Assembly: GCA_964016885.1 (NCBI GenBank)
Contig: OZ024743.1
Coordinates: forward strand, 301,754,001-301,818,000
Origin: Eledone cirrhosa
Lineage: Eukaryota
Direction: 5' to 3'
Length of the DNA stretch: 64,000 nt
Under the pieces are notes generated by a model. That model had not been told where the DNA came from. It did no database searches and saw only the letters and a list, made by a program, of their open reading frames with translations. This document shows, piece by piece, positions 1 through 14,520 of this stretch (position 1 is its first letter; each line of letters begins with the position of its first letter). Position numbers and translations under genes: made by a program.

Positions 1-805
1 CCAGATGGACAATAACGCACCAGAGTACTCAATACTTAGGGTAGTAGAGTGAGAAATAGGAAAAAAGTATGACACCGATGGCAGAACTCAAGCCGTCGAA
101 ACGGCTTCAGCTCTGCCGTCGGGGTCATACTTTTTCATATATATATATATATATATATATATTGTTATGCATTGGAAGGTCATGTTGCCAATACAAATCT
201 TGCTAAACATATATATATATATATATATATATCGAAAAAGTGTAAGAGAGAGAGCATCATATATGCCTACGCATATAAATTCTATACAATCATTTCATCC
301 AAATAATGCAATTAGGTGAAATCGTGTTTGACAGGATGTTTGGTTCTCGTTAATACATAAATGTCAGGAAATCGTAACTGACAAAATCGTGTCAGCAGTA
401 TCTGTGGGAGTTATAAAATCAAGTGCTCAACCTATCTACAAAAACTAATTAAATATAAGTATTTGTTTAACTTATCATTCTTTCCATAACCTATGTAAAA
501 TGTAACATGAGTAATTGGGTAACCACTTTTACTGAAAGCTGACTAATATGTGTTGAATCAAGAGAAATATTCACTTTAATTCACAATGGAAATATTTCTA
601 AAGGGGACATTTTCAAACCCAGTATGAAATAGTTTTAAAATGAATAACTTGAATATGTCTTCACAATTTGAGTCTTTTGTTTAAAACCTCAAAATAATTA
701 ATAAAATACACGGGCCATGAAATAAGATAACATATTTTTACGGGGGGAATAGACTAATAACATCGAGAACCCTCGTTATCGAGTGAGTAGTCGAATGACT
801 TTTAA

Positions 806-1163
806 AATAATTGTTTCTACTTTTGGTACAAGATAGCTCTAGAATAGATACAAGATAGCTCTAGCAACAATCTATTGCCCAGTGCATTACTGGGACATTA
901 TTTTATCGATCCCGCAAGGAGTAAAGGCAAAGTTAACCTCGGTGGGTTTGAACACGGAATGGAAAGGGCCATAACACTATGCTGCAAAACATTGCATCCG
1001 TCCCTCTACCGATACTGCCAATGAAGTCGTGTATTTTAAACCAACACTATTTTTGCCCGTCGAGGTTAACTTTGCCTTTTATCCTTACGGGATCGATTAA
1101 AAAAATTACCAGTAATGCACTGGATAATTGCTGGCCTTTTGCCAAAAGTAGAAACAATTATTT
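806..1163. mobile_element. Two tRNA-derived Meta-domain-like SINE copies head-to-head (806-1022 minus; 1055-1163 plus, truncated)
   Basis: Match to the in-window consensus GGCGGTGGATTGGCAGTATCGG...GAGTTCAAATCCCGCCGAGGTTAACTTTGCCTTTCATCCTTACGGGGTCGATAAAATAAAGTACCAG...CCTTGTGCCTAAAGTAGAAACA(ATT)n. Confidence 0.85.
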
Positions 1164-1870
1164 TTGCTAAACAGTCAAGTGACCAGAGAAGGGGGGGGGG
1201 GGGTTAATTAATCCACATTTTTTTATTGGATAGCTCTAGAAGCAATATTGAATGTTTTGCAAGACAGTTTTCTAGGACACTTTTGCAGTCAGTTTGCTGA
1301 ATATAGGATCATATATGTTTCAAGATTAACGAAATGTTATAACGTGATCACAGATGAGGTGTCGCCAATCACGGGGTTATTGACGACTGTGATCAAGGAT
1401 ATCGGCGAAAGGATGCAAGCAGACTGTTTGAATATGAAGTCTTTAGAAAACGTATACGCCTATAAGTTTTCACATAGGAATTAATTACGTTAGAGAGAAA
1501 TCCTATGCAGAAATTCTGTGGTGATAATCATGCGCATGCGTTAGTTTCGTGAGGTCGCCGTATGCGTGAATAACATTAGTAGAGTCGGTATGTTACATGT
1601 TGTCCTAACATTTTGCATCACCTTATTAAAAATGCTTGGAAAGACACAGGTATACAATAGCACAAATAGATTTTAGTTTCCAGCTTGTTGGAAGAGATAT
1701 TAAAACGTCGCGTATCGGACGTTACTCTTTTATCAGGAAAGAATAAGTTTAGCAGAAAAGGGAAAATAGGAAGTCGGTAAATGTATGAATGGTCACACAC
1801 AGACACATTCACACACACACGCGCACACACACATACACATACACACATACACTTACATATATACATACAT

Positions 1871-1941
<71 letters not shown>

Positions 1942-1947
1942 TATATA

Positions 1948-2306
1948 TTTCGTTTCTGAATTTGTTTAGCAAGATTCTTTATCTGAAAACGTGTGTTGAA
2001 AACGATATTGTTATACTTTGGGAGGGCCATGTTACCAATAAGAAACACACGCACCCATCGTCACTTCAATTTATTATAATACATTTATAAATTTAGGAAT
2101 GTATACATCTCCTGCTGGTTGGTTGGTTCCACAACCAGATACTTGTTTATATATTGTCAAAGTTCCTTCGTCACACATTATGTGCCCTCTTCAGTGACTG
2201 GTGAATCTTTTCTTCGTCTTTTGTGCCTCTCCTTTGTCCAGTCATACGCCATCTTTTTTTTGTGTGTGTGTTGTGTGCTTAGTTTGCGCATGTGTTACAT
2301 CCGGGT
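1948..2306 (-). mobile_element. Solo pseudo-LTR of PLE family A
   Basis: Reverse complement of about 17436-17795, including the hammerhead and the terminal motif. Confidence 0.85.
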
Positions 2307-2398
2307 ATATATATATATATTTATTAAAATAACAGATTAAAGTTTAAGCAATGCATCGCTGCTTTCACCCTTAACGGGATCTTCAAATTTATTATTAT

Positions 2399-2452
<54 letters not shown>

Positions 2453-2526
2453 ATAATAATACATTTGAAGATCCCGTTAAGGGTGAAAGCAGCGATTCTT
2501 TGCTTAAACTTTAATCTGTTATTTTA

Positions 2527-2565
<39 letters not shown>

Positions 2566-4113
2566 TCCGCATGGGTCTGTATGAGAACGTACAAACATTA
2601 AAGTTGAAACTTTGGGTGCAAAATGTAGCAACGAAATGAAATGCCGGCTGGAATGGTAGACTTCCTACGTATTAGGCTGGGAAGATTTATTTGATTGCTT
2701 TAGTTACTAATAGTTTCTTATCGGCCGTGGGGAGTAAATTTCTGAGTGCATATTAGTGGGTGTAAAATTGGGACCAAATACATTCGCCGAATTATGACCT
2801 CTGTAGTAATGAGATCATCTTTCTTGGCGCCCCTTTACCAAATCTTTGCAATTTACCAAATCTTGGCTTCACGTAAACCCTTAATGATTATTAATTGAAC
2901 AGGCTGGAAAATAATTAATTGAGAACAATGCACTTGATATGGAATATTGATGTACTTGAACAAGTCAACCGCAACAGTTATTGCACGCAGCAGAATATTC
3001 TGCGTGGTAGGGATATAGGACGTCTGTGTGGTATGGTAGCAGTTTAAGGAAGCGCTAATTTGCCCAAAAGCAATATTGACAGTAAAAAGTGGTGGAAGCT
3101 GATGTGAAAATATAGATCATCAGAATTCAGAGCAGAAATGATAACAAGAAATGGTGAATCGCTTATTTGGAAAAAGAGACACTTGACATAAAATAAGGAG
3201 GATGTTGAAGATAACGAAGGTGTTGTTGAATATGATATTGGGTTTAATTCAGATTATATTCAAAGACGAATTCATAGAATTATCCATATCATTAATAGGA
3301 CTACACCAGGAATTATATGTATTTTATCCTAATTATATGTATTTATATTCCAACTTTACGTATTCAGAAGAAATGACTAAATGGATTGAAGTAACGGTTA
3401 TACCTGGGACAATGGTTCAGTGATATGATATTCTATTTAATGTATATATGATAGAACATATCATAAATGTATTTACTGTTTTGAAGCAGTGAGTATCAGA
3501 TATTGTTTCTCCCGATAATGCTGCCGATCTTTAGATTAATTTGATGTATGAGCATATATTTCCTATTTCACGTTGACATGCTATTTATAGTATTGATAGT
3601 TTCTGACACTCAAATAAAATACGATTTCAGATATCCTTCAATATCTATTTTGATCTAATATTGCAGGCCTTAAGGAAACATGTTATATGAAACTGCAAAT
3701 GACAATATCAATACGGAACACAAGTTTTCATAGTTATCAGTAATGGAAACTCTCCCATGACACATACGACAACAATCGAAACTGCTTTGTCGTATTTTAT
3801 ATTATTTGGATTTTCGGCCTCTAGTTCATTTCTGTGATTTACATACCACGCATTTCGTTATTTTACGTTGATATTATTACAATCCGTAAAGTGTAAAAGT
3901 GATGCATTTGGATCACTCACGCTCTTTGGAGGATGATTATGACACACTAACGTGTGTATCATATATGTGTCATCCAGTGCGTTTATTCATGATACATTAT
4001 CTACTAATATATTAACGAATCTATTTATTCGTCACCCCAAGGGAGGTAACTCATCTATGTATGAGTATATACACATAAACACACACATATACATAAACAG
4101 ACACATTATACAA

Positions 4114-4445
4114 AATAATAATTGTTTCTACTTTTGGCACAAGCCCAGCAAATTACCCAGTGTATTACTGGTACTTTATTTTTCGACCCTATAAGGACGA
4201 AAGACAAATTTAACCTCGGCGGGATTTGAACTCAGAATGGCAAGGGCCGTGACTCTATGCGTCAAAGCACGGCGTCCGACCATCTACCGATACAGCCATT
4301 CCACAAAATAATAATTGTTTCTACTTTTTTTGGCACAAGGCCAGCAATAACACAGTGCATTACTGGTACTTTATTTTATCGACCCCGTATGGATGAAAGG
4401 CAAAGTTAACCTCGGCGAGATTTGAACTCAGAATGGCAAGGACCT
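4114..4445 (-). mobile_element. Tandem pair of the same SINE (4114-4304 full; 4307-4445 truncated)
   Basis: Reverse-complement match to the consensus. Confidence 0.88.
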
Positions 4446-4810
4446 CTACGAGTGTATGTGTGTGTGTGTGTGTGTGTATGTATGCGTGTGTGTGTGTGTA
4501 TGCGTGTGTGCGTGTGTGTGTGTGTGTGCGTGTGTGTGTATGGGTGGGTGTGCGTGTGTGTGGGGGGGGGTGCGTGTGTGTGTGTGGGTGTGTGTGTGCG
4601 TGTTTGTGTCTGTCTCTAAGTGTGTTTCAGTGTATGTGTGTATTCGTTGTTCACGGAATCAAGTCCCTAGAAATATCACATTAAGTTAGAGATTATAAAG
4701 AATATAAAACAACCGCAGTTGAAATTTATATATAATTTCACATCTACACTTAATTTAACAGTTCATATATGTGCCTCACATATGTTTGCCTCATATTATT
4801 ATTAAGAAAA

Positions 4811-5201
4811 GGGCGGTGGATTGGCAGCATCGGTAGAGGATCGGACGCCAAGCTTTCCAGCATAGTTATGTCTCTTTACGATCTGAGTTCAAATCCCGCC
4901 GAGGTTGACTTTGCCTTTAATCCTTACGGTGTCGATAAAATAAAGTACCAATAATGCACTGTATAATTGCTGGCCTTGTGCCTAAAGTAGAAACAATTAT
5001 TATTAAGAAAGGGCGGTGAATTGGCAGTATCGGTAGAGGCTCGGATATGCTTTCCAGCATAGTTACGTCCCTTTCTGATCTGAGTTCAAATCCCGCCGAG
5101 GTTAACTTTGCCTTTCATCCATACGGGGTCGATAAAATAAAGTACCAGTAATGTACTGGGTATTTGCTGGCCTAGTGCCTAAAGTAGAAACAATTATTAT
5201 T
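4811..5201 (+). mobile_element. Tandem pair of full-length SINEs (4811-5004, 5011-5201)
   Basis: A-box-like TGGCAG(T/C)ATCGG, B box GTTCAAATCC, central GCCTTTCATCC..GGGGTCGATAAA. Confidence 0.92.
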
Positions 5202-6229
5202 AAGAAATGTATGTAATACATTTTAAATAAGGATGTTTTACAATAACAACTATATGTCACGGCCTGCTTCATGTGGCTTGAAGTCATATAAGTTTAGGTT
5301 CTTTTCAGTAAAAGAGAGTGCAAATGAAAGGACACTTTCCTTGGCGAGTGAAATAACCTTTTTATATAGTTGAAACTGCATTTAGCTGTCATATTTGACG
5401 GCATGGAACCACATATTTGTGGAATAATGGAACTTAGTGTGCTGATATGCGGCTGAGTATTTACGTATTCAATTTCTGAATCAATATACTCAATAAATGG
5501 TTTGAATACTAATTAAATTATGATAAGTATTCATCTGAACCAGATCTTCCTCTTCCATAACGCATAATCTATATTATCATACAATATATCATTATGGATA
5601 ACAAAACAATTTTGCAATAATTTAAGTAAATATCATTTCGATTAACAAAAATTTAAATAAATAATCACCTTCATTGGGCACTACGTAGAAGATTAATAGA
5701 GTGAGATTAATCATACATTGACGGAGAGGAAACTTTGTACGGAGATTGTCAGTAAATTATTATGCTGCCACGATATAACAAGGTATCAGAAGGGCTTCAA
5801 TTCTTTAGTGTCCAACATGCTGAGTTAGTTTTATATAAAGACAAGCTAAATTTATATATTTAAAAAACTGAATGGTAAATAAAATGAGCTGCTTCTGATT
5901 ACTTTTATGTCGACACGACAGATATCGATTGCTGTTCAAAAAGATATGTAGATGGAAACACCATTCCCTGGTCTGAGAATGTGTGATTTTGTTAAGCAAT
6001 TGCCATTCTATAATTTTCTAGCTTCAAACGTAAGAGTCATTTGTCTCCATACATCAGGGAATTTGCACCTAGAAAACTACTCTCGGAGGCACAAGTCCAG
6101 GTGGGTTTTGTTTGTGGAAGACCAGCAGTCGCCCATGAATACATATCGCCCCTCTATACTCAAACGATGTTCGCTAAGTGAAAGGAAATTTTCGATAGAG
6201 ATTGGCACCTCTGACGTCGCAGCAACTCA

Positions 6230-6476
<247 letters not shown>

Positions 6477-9400
6477 CCCTAGAACATAATATCAAAACAA
6501 AAATCAACTTTAGAACATATGTTGAGGCAATGATGTATGTATTGCTTCCAAAATCTAATCTAAATCTATAGATCTTTTGTTAGAATTAATGTTAGATATC
6601 GGTACCCTCAAATCTCATTTACTCATTTAATGTAAATAATGTTCATCGCCAGCAGATGAATGTGAATGAAACATCACTATAAATAATTCAAATGTGTAGG
6701 CTTCCGGTGTTCATGAAATAATAATGGATAGTTCTGCGCATCTTGAATATCAGATACAAAATAAAAAAAAATTAACCTAATAACTATTACATGTATGCAT
6801 AAAAAGACACATACAAACATAGTTATGGTATGCCGATTTCCCGTAATTCCCATAACAAGCCGCTTTATGAGAACATTCAGATAGGAACTTTGCACGAAAT
6901 ATGTAACATAATTACACAGTACATATCATCCCAATCATTTCAATCTAGCAAAGTCCCATCCAACATTATACGATTGCATTTGGGGTATTGTATCATTGTA
7001 TATTATTCATATGAAATATAACATAGATGTATGTCGATAAATTTCAATGTGAAATTTAATGTGTAAATAGAAAGAAATATATACAAATGTTAGAATATCA
7101 CACCGCTACGTGTAACTATGAATTTTCTTCCGATAATATATCCAAATGCATTCGCCCTAACGCACGTCTATTTTGATAAACCGATATATTTGTTTTCCTT
7201 ATGTGCATCTTTCTCTATATCTAAGCTTGAGGCTTCCTCCTTCTTCCCTCACACTTTCCGACCTTTGCTCTCTTACTCGCTCTATGTAAGCATGCATATG
7301 TATATATGTATACAGAATTCTTGTCAAAGCAAAGGGTAAGTGCTTGTATTTCGCGTAGCAGATGTAAGAAGATCTAAACCTGACAATGTGTTCAACATTG
7401 GTTAATAAAACAAAACATTGTTCCCCACAACTATTTCATTGTTCTACAAAAGTTTATTCCCATTGTTTCGTGCTTCATATTTAACATATGTTAAGTGAGA
7501 CCTGTGTACAAAGTGTGCGATAATTGCATGCACAAAAACACATACAATCACACACACAGACATGCAAAATCCCCACATATATGAATATGTTTTAGCATAG
7601 ATTCTTTGGCAAGAATCCAACAATAGAAGTAAACATAGCGTCATATTCGCTCATTTGCGTTCATAGTCAAATATTTTGAAATATGTTCCTACCTACTGCA
7701 CTTTTAAATAACAGGGTCGGCATTATGTTTTTTTTGTTGTCAATTGGAGAGCTATTGATTCCTATCTAATTAAGTAACAATATATTTTGTTACGTGTCTC
7801 TATATCCTTAATCCACACTGTCTATCTCTTTTGGCGTCTTTCCGTAAAACTTTCAATATTTCGTTATCGTGAGATATATATTAAAATCAATAAAGAACAA
7901 TGTGTAATGCCTTGGATAGATATGGATATAGCTAGATGGAATTACAGACAGAAAAGGATAGATATATACAATAACATTAATGAAATCTAGTGACATATAT
8001 TTGATAATTATTGAGGAATGTATGCATGAAAATAACTCTCTTCTAATCTGTTTAATTTTCTCTTGGAATCGATCCAAAACTCATACACAATGTAAAATGC
8101 ATATTGCAGTACCAATGAATTTGTCAAAATGAATATTGTTTCATTACATTTGAGCTGAAAACATCTATAGACCAATCTCCCGATGTATGAAATGTATTCC
8201 TGTGTAAGTTAGAACGTGTTCATGTGCACAAAGGCACACAGTGTAGGGCACAAGCTTGCCTAATCAAACTGAACATTTTTGAAAACCTTAACCGATCATA
8301 TACAATTTCAGACATATGCATTATTTCCCTCTTAAACTAACGACGATCACACTAAGGAAAATCCTTAGTGTTCCGTCGTCTGGTGATAGCTGTGATACGT
8401 AGCTGTGATACGTAGATTATGGTTGACAACATTTATAAACGAAACTAAAGAGAAGTGTAATTTATTTCACTTTCAAAGAGTAATCACAAAACCTCAATCG
8501 CAGATATTGGAAAACAACCGAATAACGTTTGCAACAGATGAGACGTAGTAGTTTCGAAAATAGAGAGATGCATTCTATATAGCAAAAGTATGTTTCCATT
8601 TTGTTATAACAATGCAATTCAATCGTGAATATGGCTGCTACTCCATTGAAATCGGAAAAAAAAACCCACAAACTATTATGTCACTTAAATCATTATTATA
8701 TAATAATAGTTCTTTAACATCTTCAAGAAACTTAGGATTGCATTAACGAATGTATGCGCTCAGTATCCTATATAAACTAATTGATGTTGAGGAAAAATGG
8801 AATAATTATACAGGAACAAACCAGATTTGTGAGTAAAGATATACTAAAATATAATAGTTCATTCATCACTTATATGTTCAAAGAATGCAAAGTGTTCAAG
8901 CAGATATGCGAATAATATATATTTTACTGAGATCATTATTCAGAAATATTAGGTACTGTTCTACAGTGAACGAGTATGAAATGTGAAATCTTCTAGGTGT
9001 TGTATAGTGTAACAATTAGAAGTCTTACTTCTCATATCATTCAGATAGTTATTATAGATTGACATACGAGACTCCAAATCTAGACAATTATGATAAATAT
9101 ATAATTTTAGCAGCCATTTTTCTATGGAATATTTCGTGGTTGATCTAGAATTGTATATGTTTGTGTAAATATTAATGTTTGAAAGACTACCGCATAACAA
9201 CCGTAAACGATTCAGTGTGTTTATAGATGTAGAAGCAGCGACTTGCAATATTTGATCGACTGTCATTGATATTAATAAAATCAATGAGGACATGTTGTTT
9301 CTTAACTTTTACATTGCACAAATAGTATGAGGAAATAAACAGGACAATTGAATTCGTGCAGAGGCAAGACCTGTTTATTCATGTATGTATAGAGTTTTAC

Positions 9401-9907
9401 AACAATGAAAGACAAACGTCACGATCATTTCGATTATCAACAGAAAATGTACCACGGTTATGAAAGAGAAGAAACGAATATTTGTATGGGGGATATTCAA
9501 AATATCATTAATGTTTCATTTACTGGAAGCAGGAACTGGCGAATAATGTTAATACGTTTTCCTCCTCTGAAAGGTTATGTGTAATTTTTTAGTATTTAGA
9601 TCACGCTTTGCATATATGTAAGGTGAACCTAATATTATGGTTGGAAATGATGCCCTTTTAACAAAAGGTAATCCATCGTTAAATAAAAACAAACTAAATT
9701 ATATGAAAATATATTCACGCATACACACAGTGAGACCGATGAATAGATACGTTTAAACATATGTTCTCTTATAAAATCTTTAATTTCACTAGCAGAAAAA
9801 CCGCTCTCGGGCCGTTTTCTGCTAGCATGTGTAGTGGGCATATTCGTATTATACGAATATATATATATGCATATAGATATATGCAAATTGAAAAGTAAAT
9901 TGACAAT

Positions 9908-10545
9908 ATCTTCTTCTTAGCCCACTTATTTCTGAGAGGGTTGTGGGGGCAGAGTCATTCTCAAACACTGCTTCCAGCGAGTTTGTCAGAAGCAAACATC
10001 TCTAACTGATCCAGCTGGATCCCAAAGCGTGACCAGCAAAGCTCATGGATGTTATCCAACTGTCTTGTTCAGGGTCTACCGCTGGGTCTCTCGCCGGTTG
10101 GCTTTGCCTGTAAAATGTGTCCAGTGATACTTTACTGAGACATTCTAACCACATGCTCATAACATCGGAGTTGTGATCTTTCAATTCGGAGAAGTAGCGT
10201 CTCTACCTGGAGTGACTCTTTGGTCTCTGGGTTATGCACTTTATCGAATTACGTTACTCCAAGGACCCTTCGGACGAATCCCATTTCTGCCACTCATATA
10301 TGCAATTGTATTATATTGGTCATTACTGCAGATTCATGATCGTCGGTAAGATTTGGCAGGAATACCAGGAAGACAGCGAGTTTGGCTTTTACACCTACCC
10401 CCTTCTTCTGATTGCTGAGGCTGGCGCTTTACTGCATCAGCTTCTGCAATTCTTGCAATTAATTCAGTTTCTTTCATTCCATCACTCATGAACACGGCTC
10501 CAAGATACTTGAACTTCTCTAACTGCTTCAGTAGAACTCCATGTA
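9908..10545 (-). mobile_element. RTE-clade LINE 3' fragment
   Basis: LKQLEKFKYLG..SDG..E..ARIAEA, KAKL, VAEMGFVRRVLG; short (AAG)n tail. Confidence 0.8.
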
Positions 10546-10759
10546 TATGTATATATATTTGAGGAATTCTGCCCACCCGTCCATCACGCAATGTGTATTT
10601 GTGTTTGTGTGAATGTATGTGTGTGTAAAAGGAAGGAAATGGATACACACATATATACCTCTAACTTAAAAACAGTGACACACGCACACATTGTCTCTAA
10701 TTTAAGAACGCCGACAAACTCACGCACGCGCACATATACACACTGTCCTATTACCGCTC

Positions 10760-11340
10760 AAGAGCTTAAGCCTAGGAAAACATCCCCTCAATTCTGGAAT
10801 CGTCTGGGTTGTCCTGAATTGATGATAAACTTGACGCTCTTACTCTATGCTCCTGGTCAAGAGGCAGGTGCCTTACCTGGGACGTCACAGTTAGTGATTC
10901 TTTTGTTTTTCCCACATTCTAGATGCAGAGGTGAGGGCGAGAGCTATAGTATCCGCAGCTGAACGGAACAAAATCCTAAAATATCGTGTTCTGTCAGCAT
11001 TATCCAGCCTGTGACGTTCGAGACGTTTGGGGGAGTCGGGCTACTGACGGCTCGCCAAACAGAGTTAGCTGGTGATGCTCGTGAGGGCACTTGGTTGTTC
11101 CAGCACCTCAGCCTCGCCATCCCCGCAGGTAACGTTGCGAGCGTGTTGGCCTGCGTCAAACATTATTAGAGAGGTTTCCCAGTGTTCCTCGTTATATTGT
11201 TATATGTTGCTCTGTTAGCGGTTCGTTTTTCCACCCCTTTCGTCTGCATTTTATTCTATGGTGTCTAAGATTACCTGCTTGTGTTTTTTTTCTTTCTTGT
11301 TTTTCTTTCCCTTTCTTTTGTATACATTATAGTTGTCATT
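10760..11340 (+). mobile_element. CRE-clade non-LTR retrotransposon 3' fragment (restriction-like endonuclease)
   Basis: Frameshifted GRCLTWDVTV.D, AAERNKILKY, PVTFETFGGVG, GDAREGTWLFQHLSLAI..GN. Confidence 0.8.
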
Positions 11341-11358
11341 GTTTTCGTTCTGTAACCA

Positions 11359-11789
11359 TCTAAACTATAATAAAGTAAGCAGCGCGGGACTGCCTACAGT
11401 TTATAATTGTTTAGTAAAATAAGTTGGATTACTTTGAATAAATAATGAATGATAATTTATCAACCAAATTTCTTGGCTGTTCATCAAATATATTTTATTA
11501 TTTATTTAAAGATTCACTTCTTCAACATTTTCAAATGTCAACACTACCGGTAGCGATCGCTAAAATAAACATATTTTATGTCACTAATTTTCTCCTAATG
11601 CATTTTGTATATGATAACGTCTTTTTTTAATGTATCATGGATTATGTTACTGATTACATAAGACAGCGTAACACATTCTTCGTTCAATTTCTGTGTATAT
11701 TGTCAATTACGGTTTTATTTGATGTATCATATTTGCATGTATATACACTTGCCAGTAGAAAACCACCCGAAGGGTGGTTTTCCTGCTAG
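11359..11789 (+). mobile_element. Non-autonomous Helitron-like element
   Basis: A|TCTAAACTATAATAAA start; hairpin AAAACCACCC-GAA-GGGTGGTTTT then CTAG|T. Confidence 0.7.
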
Positions 11790-12715
11790 TAATATTAAAT
11801 AAGTTTTAAAAAAAAAGAGTTAATAAATAAATAAAACGTTATACTTGTTTTACCCTCCCATTTTAAATTCACCGAACGCTATCATGGCCGTATGTGTGGG
11901 TTTGTGTAAATGTATATGTGTGAATGTGAGTATGTTTGTGTAAATGTATATGTGTGAACGTATGTATATTTGTGTGAAAGTGTGTGTGAATGTATGTTTG
12001 TGTGAAAGTATGTGTGAATGTATGTATGTTTGTGTTGATGTATATGTGTGAATGTATTTTTATTTGTGTGAAAGTATATGTGAATGTATGTATTTTTGTG
12101 TGAAAGTATGTATATTTGTGTGAATTATGTTCGTGAGAGTGTATTTTTATAAGTTTGTGTTTCTGCGATTATAGTTATATACTCATAATAGTTATATACT
12201 CATACATATAGATGTATATATGTGTACAATCATACGCGTCAGCGGATAGAAAGCCATAAGCTCTCTATCTCTCTCATCATAAACTCTCTCTTTCTATATA
12301 TATGGTAGTTGAAATAGTGGTGGTGGCGACGACATACAGGAAGTTTTAACTTTGAAAATAAATCAATTTGAAATTATTTATTTTTACGGAATTAATTTTG
12401 ATTACGAAATTGAGTAGATAAATTATGTAATATTCATTCATTATTAATTCAAAGTGGATTGGCAGTATCGGTAGAGGGTCGGACGCTATGCTTTCCAGCA
12501 TAGTTACGTCCCTTTACGATCTGAGTTCAAATCCCGCTGAGGTTGACTTTGCCTTTCATCTTTACGGGGTCGATAAAATAAAGTACCAGTAATGCTGGCC
12601 GTTAGCCTAAAGTAGAAACAATTATTAATTCAAAGTAATCCAACTTATTTTACAAACAGGATAAAAAAAATAAAACGTACGCAGTCCCGTAAACCATCTT
12701 TTATTATAGTTTAGA
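11752..12715 (-). mobile_element. Second Helitron-like element of the same family in opposite orientation (TG-rich minisatellite, nested SINE)
   Basis: 12419-12715 minus the SINE is the reverse complement of 11359-11460; 3' end inferred at the shared palindrome. Confidence 0.55.
12454..12625 (+). mobile_element. SINE with 16-bp TSD, nested in a Helitron
   Basis: TSD attattaattcaaagt at 12440-12455 and 12621-12636. Confidence 0.92.
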
Positions 12716-13311
12716 TTACTTATGTATATGTAAATACGAATAACATACCTGAATGACATGTTGTTATAACCGGTGCTTGTTGTGAACGAAATGAGTAGCT
12801 GCAATATATGTGGTGTGAATATGATGAACAGGTAGCACCACCCCTGAATCGTTTGAATCAGATTCCTGAGAAATCATGAAGCGACAGTTTGAAATTTGTG
12901 TGTTTGAAGAATGGAACAATGATGTTGATGTCTTTAGTACTTTTAGTCATTTACTAAACCTCTGCATTTTATCTAACAATGTGCATGTAATTATGTTCAT
13001 GGTATCTAATATAACGTTTGATTTACGTATATGGTTGGAAAGTGAAGTGGCCTTCCCCAACTGATGTTGGTGAAAGTAGCCATAGTGTTCTTCGAAAGGG
13101 TACTTGACAGAGAGTGTTGTAAATCCGGTATAGGTCTATGATATGTTGGTGGGTAGTGTTAAACAGCGGAATAGTGTACTGTTTTAGAGACATTTGCCAT
13201 TTTAGAAAGAAACTACTTTTTAAGCACATGCGTACTAACTGCATCCATAGTGCGAAAACTTGCAAGAGGGAACAGATAGCGTATACACGGTAAGCAGATG
13301 AAGACATATAA

Positions 13312-13355
<44 letters not shown>

Positions 13356-13706
13356 TTTATATAAAATACATGGCAAACTGGCGCATATGTTTCTAGATCT
13401 CTGAAGCTAGGTGATCTCACTTCGTTCGTCAGTGATCGGTTGATGGTGGTTCACCAACGATTATACCTCAATAAGGTCGCTCTTGAAAAACAATCAATTA
13501 GAATATGTATAAGTACTACAGACCTACTCATACTAACACACACATGTATCGGCATATTGAAAAGAACAGGCACATACACGTGTGGAAACATATACACATA
13601 TGCATACATCATTGTAATCAGCGCAGATGGTTTGATACACACATACGCGCACGCGCGCGCGCACGCACACACGCACACATACACACACATATATATATAT
13701 ATGTAC

Positions 13707-13737
<31 letters not shown>

Positions 13738-13740
13738 TAT

Positions 13741-14136
13741 TGGTAAAAGGAAATGAAAATGGTGACAAATTGTTCCCAGTGAAAAATAGTTTAATTAGGA
13801 ATAAGTAAAAATTAGTAATAAGTATTGGTTAGTATTCAGTTTATGTTTTAAGTTTTTACCGGTTGCGCTTTTCTAATGATTTCAAAAATAATTGCTCTAA
13901 TCTGATCAGTTTTGGAAATTCTACCTGTTTTATGTGAAAAAAGTGGCTCCAGAGGTATTAAAATAAGTTTCGCGCCAATTCGTGTTGCAAAAATTCTTGT
14001 GGTCAAAACCATTTTGATTGGTCGGTACAGGTCACGTGAATGTTAAACATTGATTTTGCGCCAAATGTAGGTTTGTCGAAGAGTGTCCTTTTTCGCCTGA
14101 TTGAGAAGTCACTGGAAAATAAGTATTTTAAGACAA

Positions 14137-14167
<31 letters not shown>

Positions 14168-14520
14168 AGTGTGTGTGTGTTTGTGTGTGTAGCAGAGTAA
14201 TTCGTGGTAGAGGGATCGGGCAGTAGGAATGTGTCTGTACGTGTGTGGGGAATATTTTAACATGTTGAAAGATATTTTTCAGCTCTTGTCTTATACGGAG
14301 AAGTGTGTGTGTGTGTGTATATGTCTGTTTGTATGTTAGTGTACGCGTGTGTATGTGTGTGTATGTGTGTGTATGTGTGTGTGTGTGTATATATATGTGT
14401 GGGTGTGGGTGTGTGTGTGTGGGTGGACCAGTATTTTTGTGATACTGGTAAAAATGGTGTACATTATTCGATATTTTCAGCAAAAACAATTCTCTCAAGA
14501 GAACATCAAAAACATTAATA
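13741..14520. repeat. Unclassified interspersed repeat of about 780 bp (copy 1)
   Basis: Collinear with 23700-24512; partial inverted copy at about 54100-54235. Confidence 0.8.

Noticed and set aside
1340-1398. Hairpin tgatcacag...ctgtgatca containing ATGA and AA (SECIS-like)
   Set aside because: Spacing does not fit SECIS and there is no upstream ORF
12830-13310. Possible decayed Penelope fragment (YRVYAICS, KSNVI)
   Set aside because: Too few motifs to support a call
13383-13437. Hammerhead-like CTGACGA...GAAAcatatg on the minus strand
   Set aside because: Stem II is misregistered and there is no NUH site; at most a dead remnant (likewise the truncated CTGATGA at 44312)
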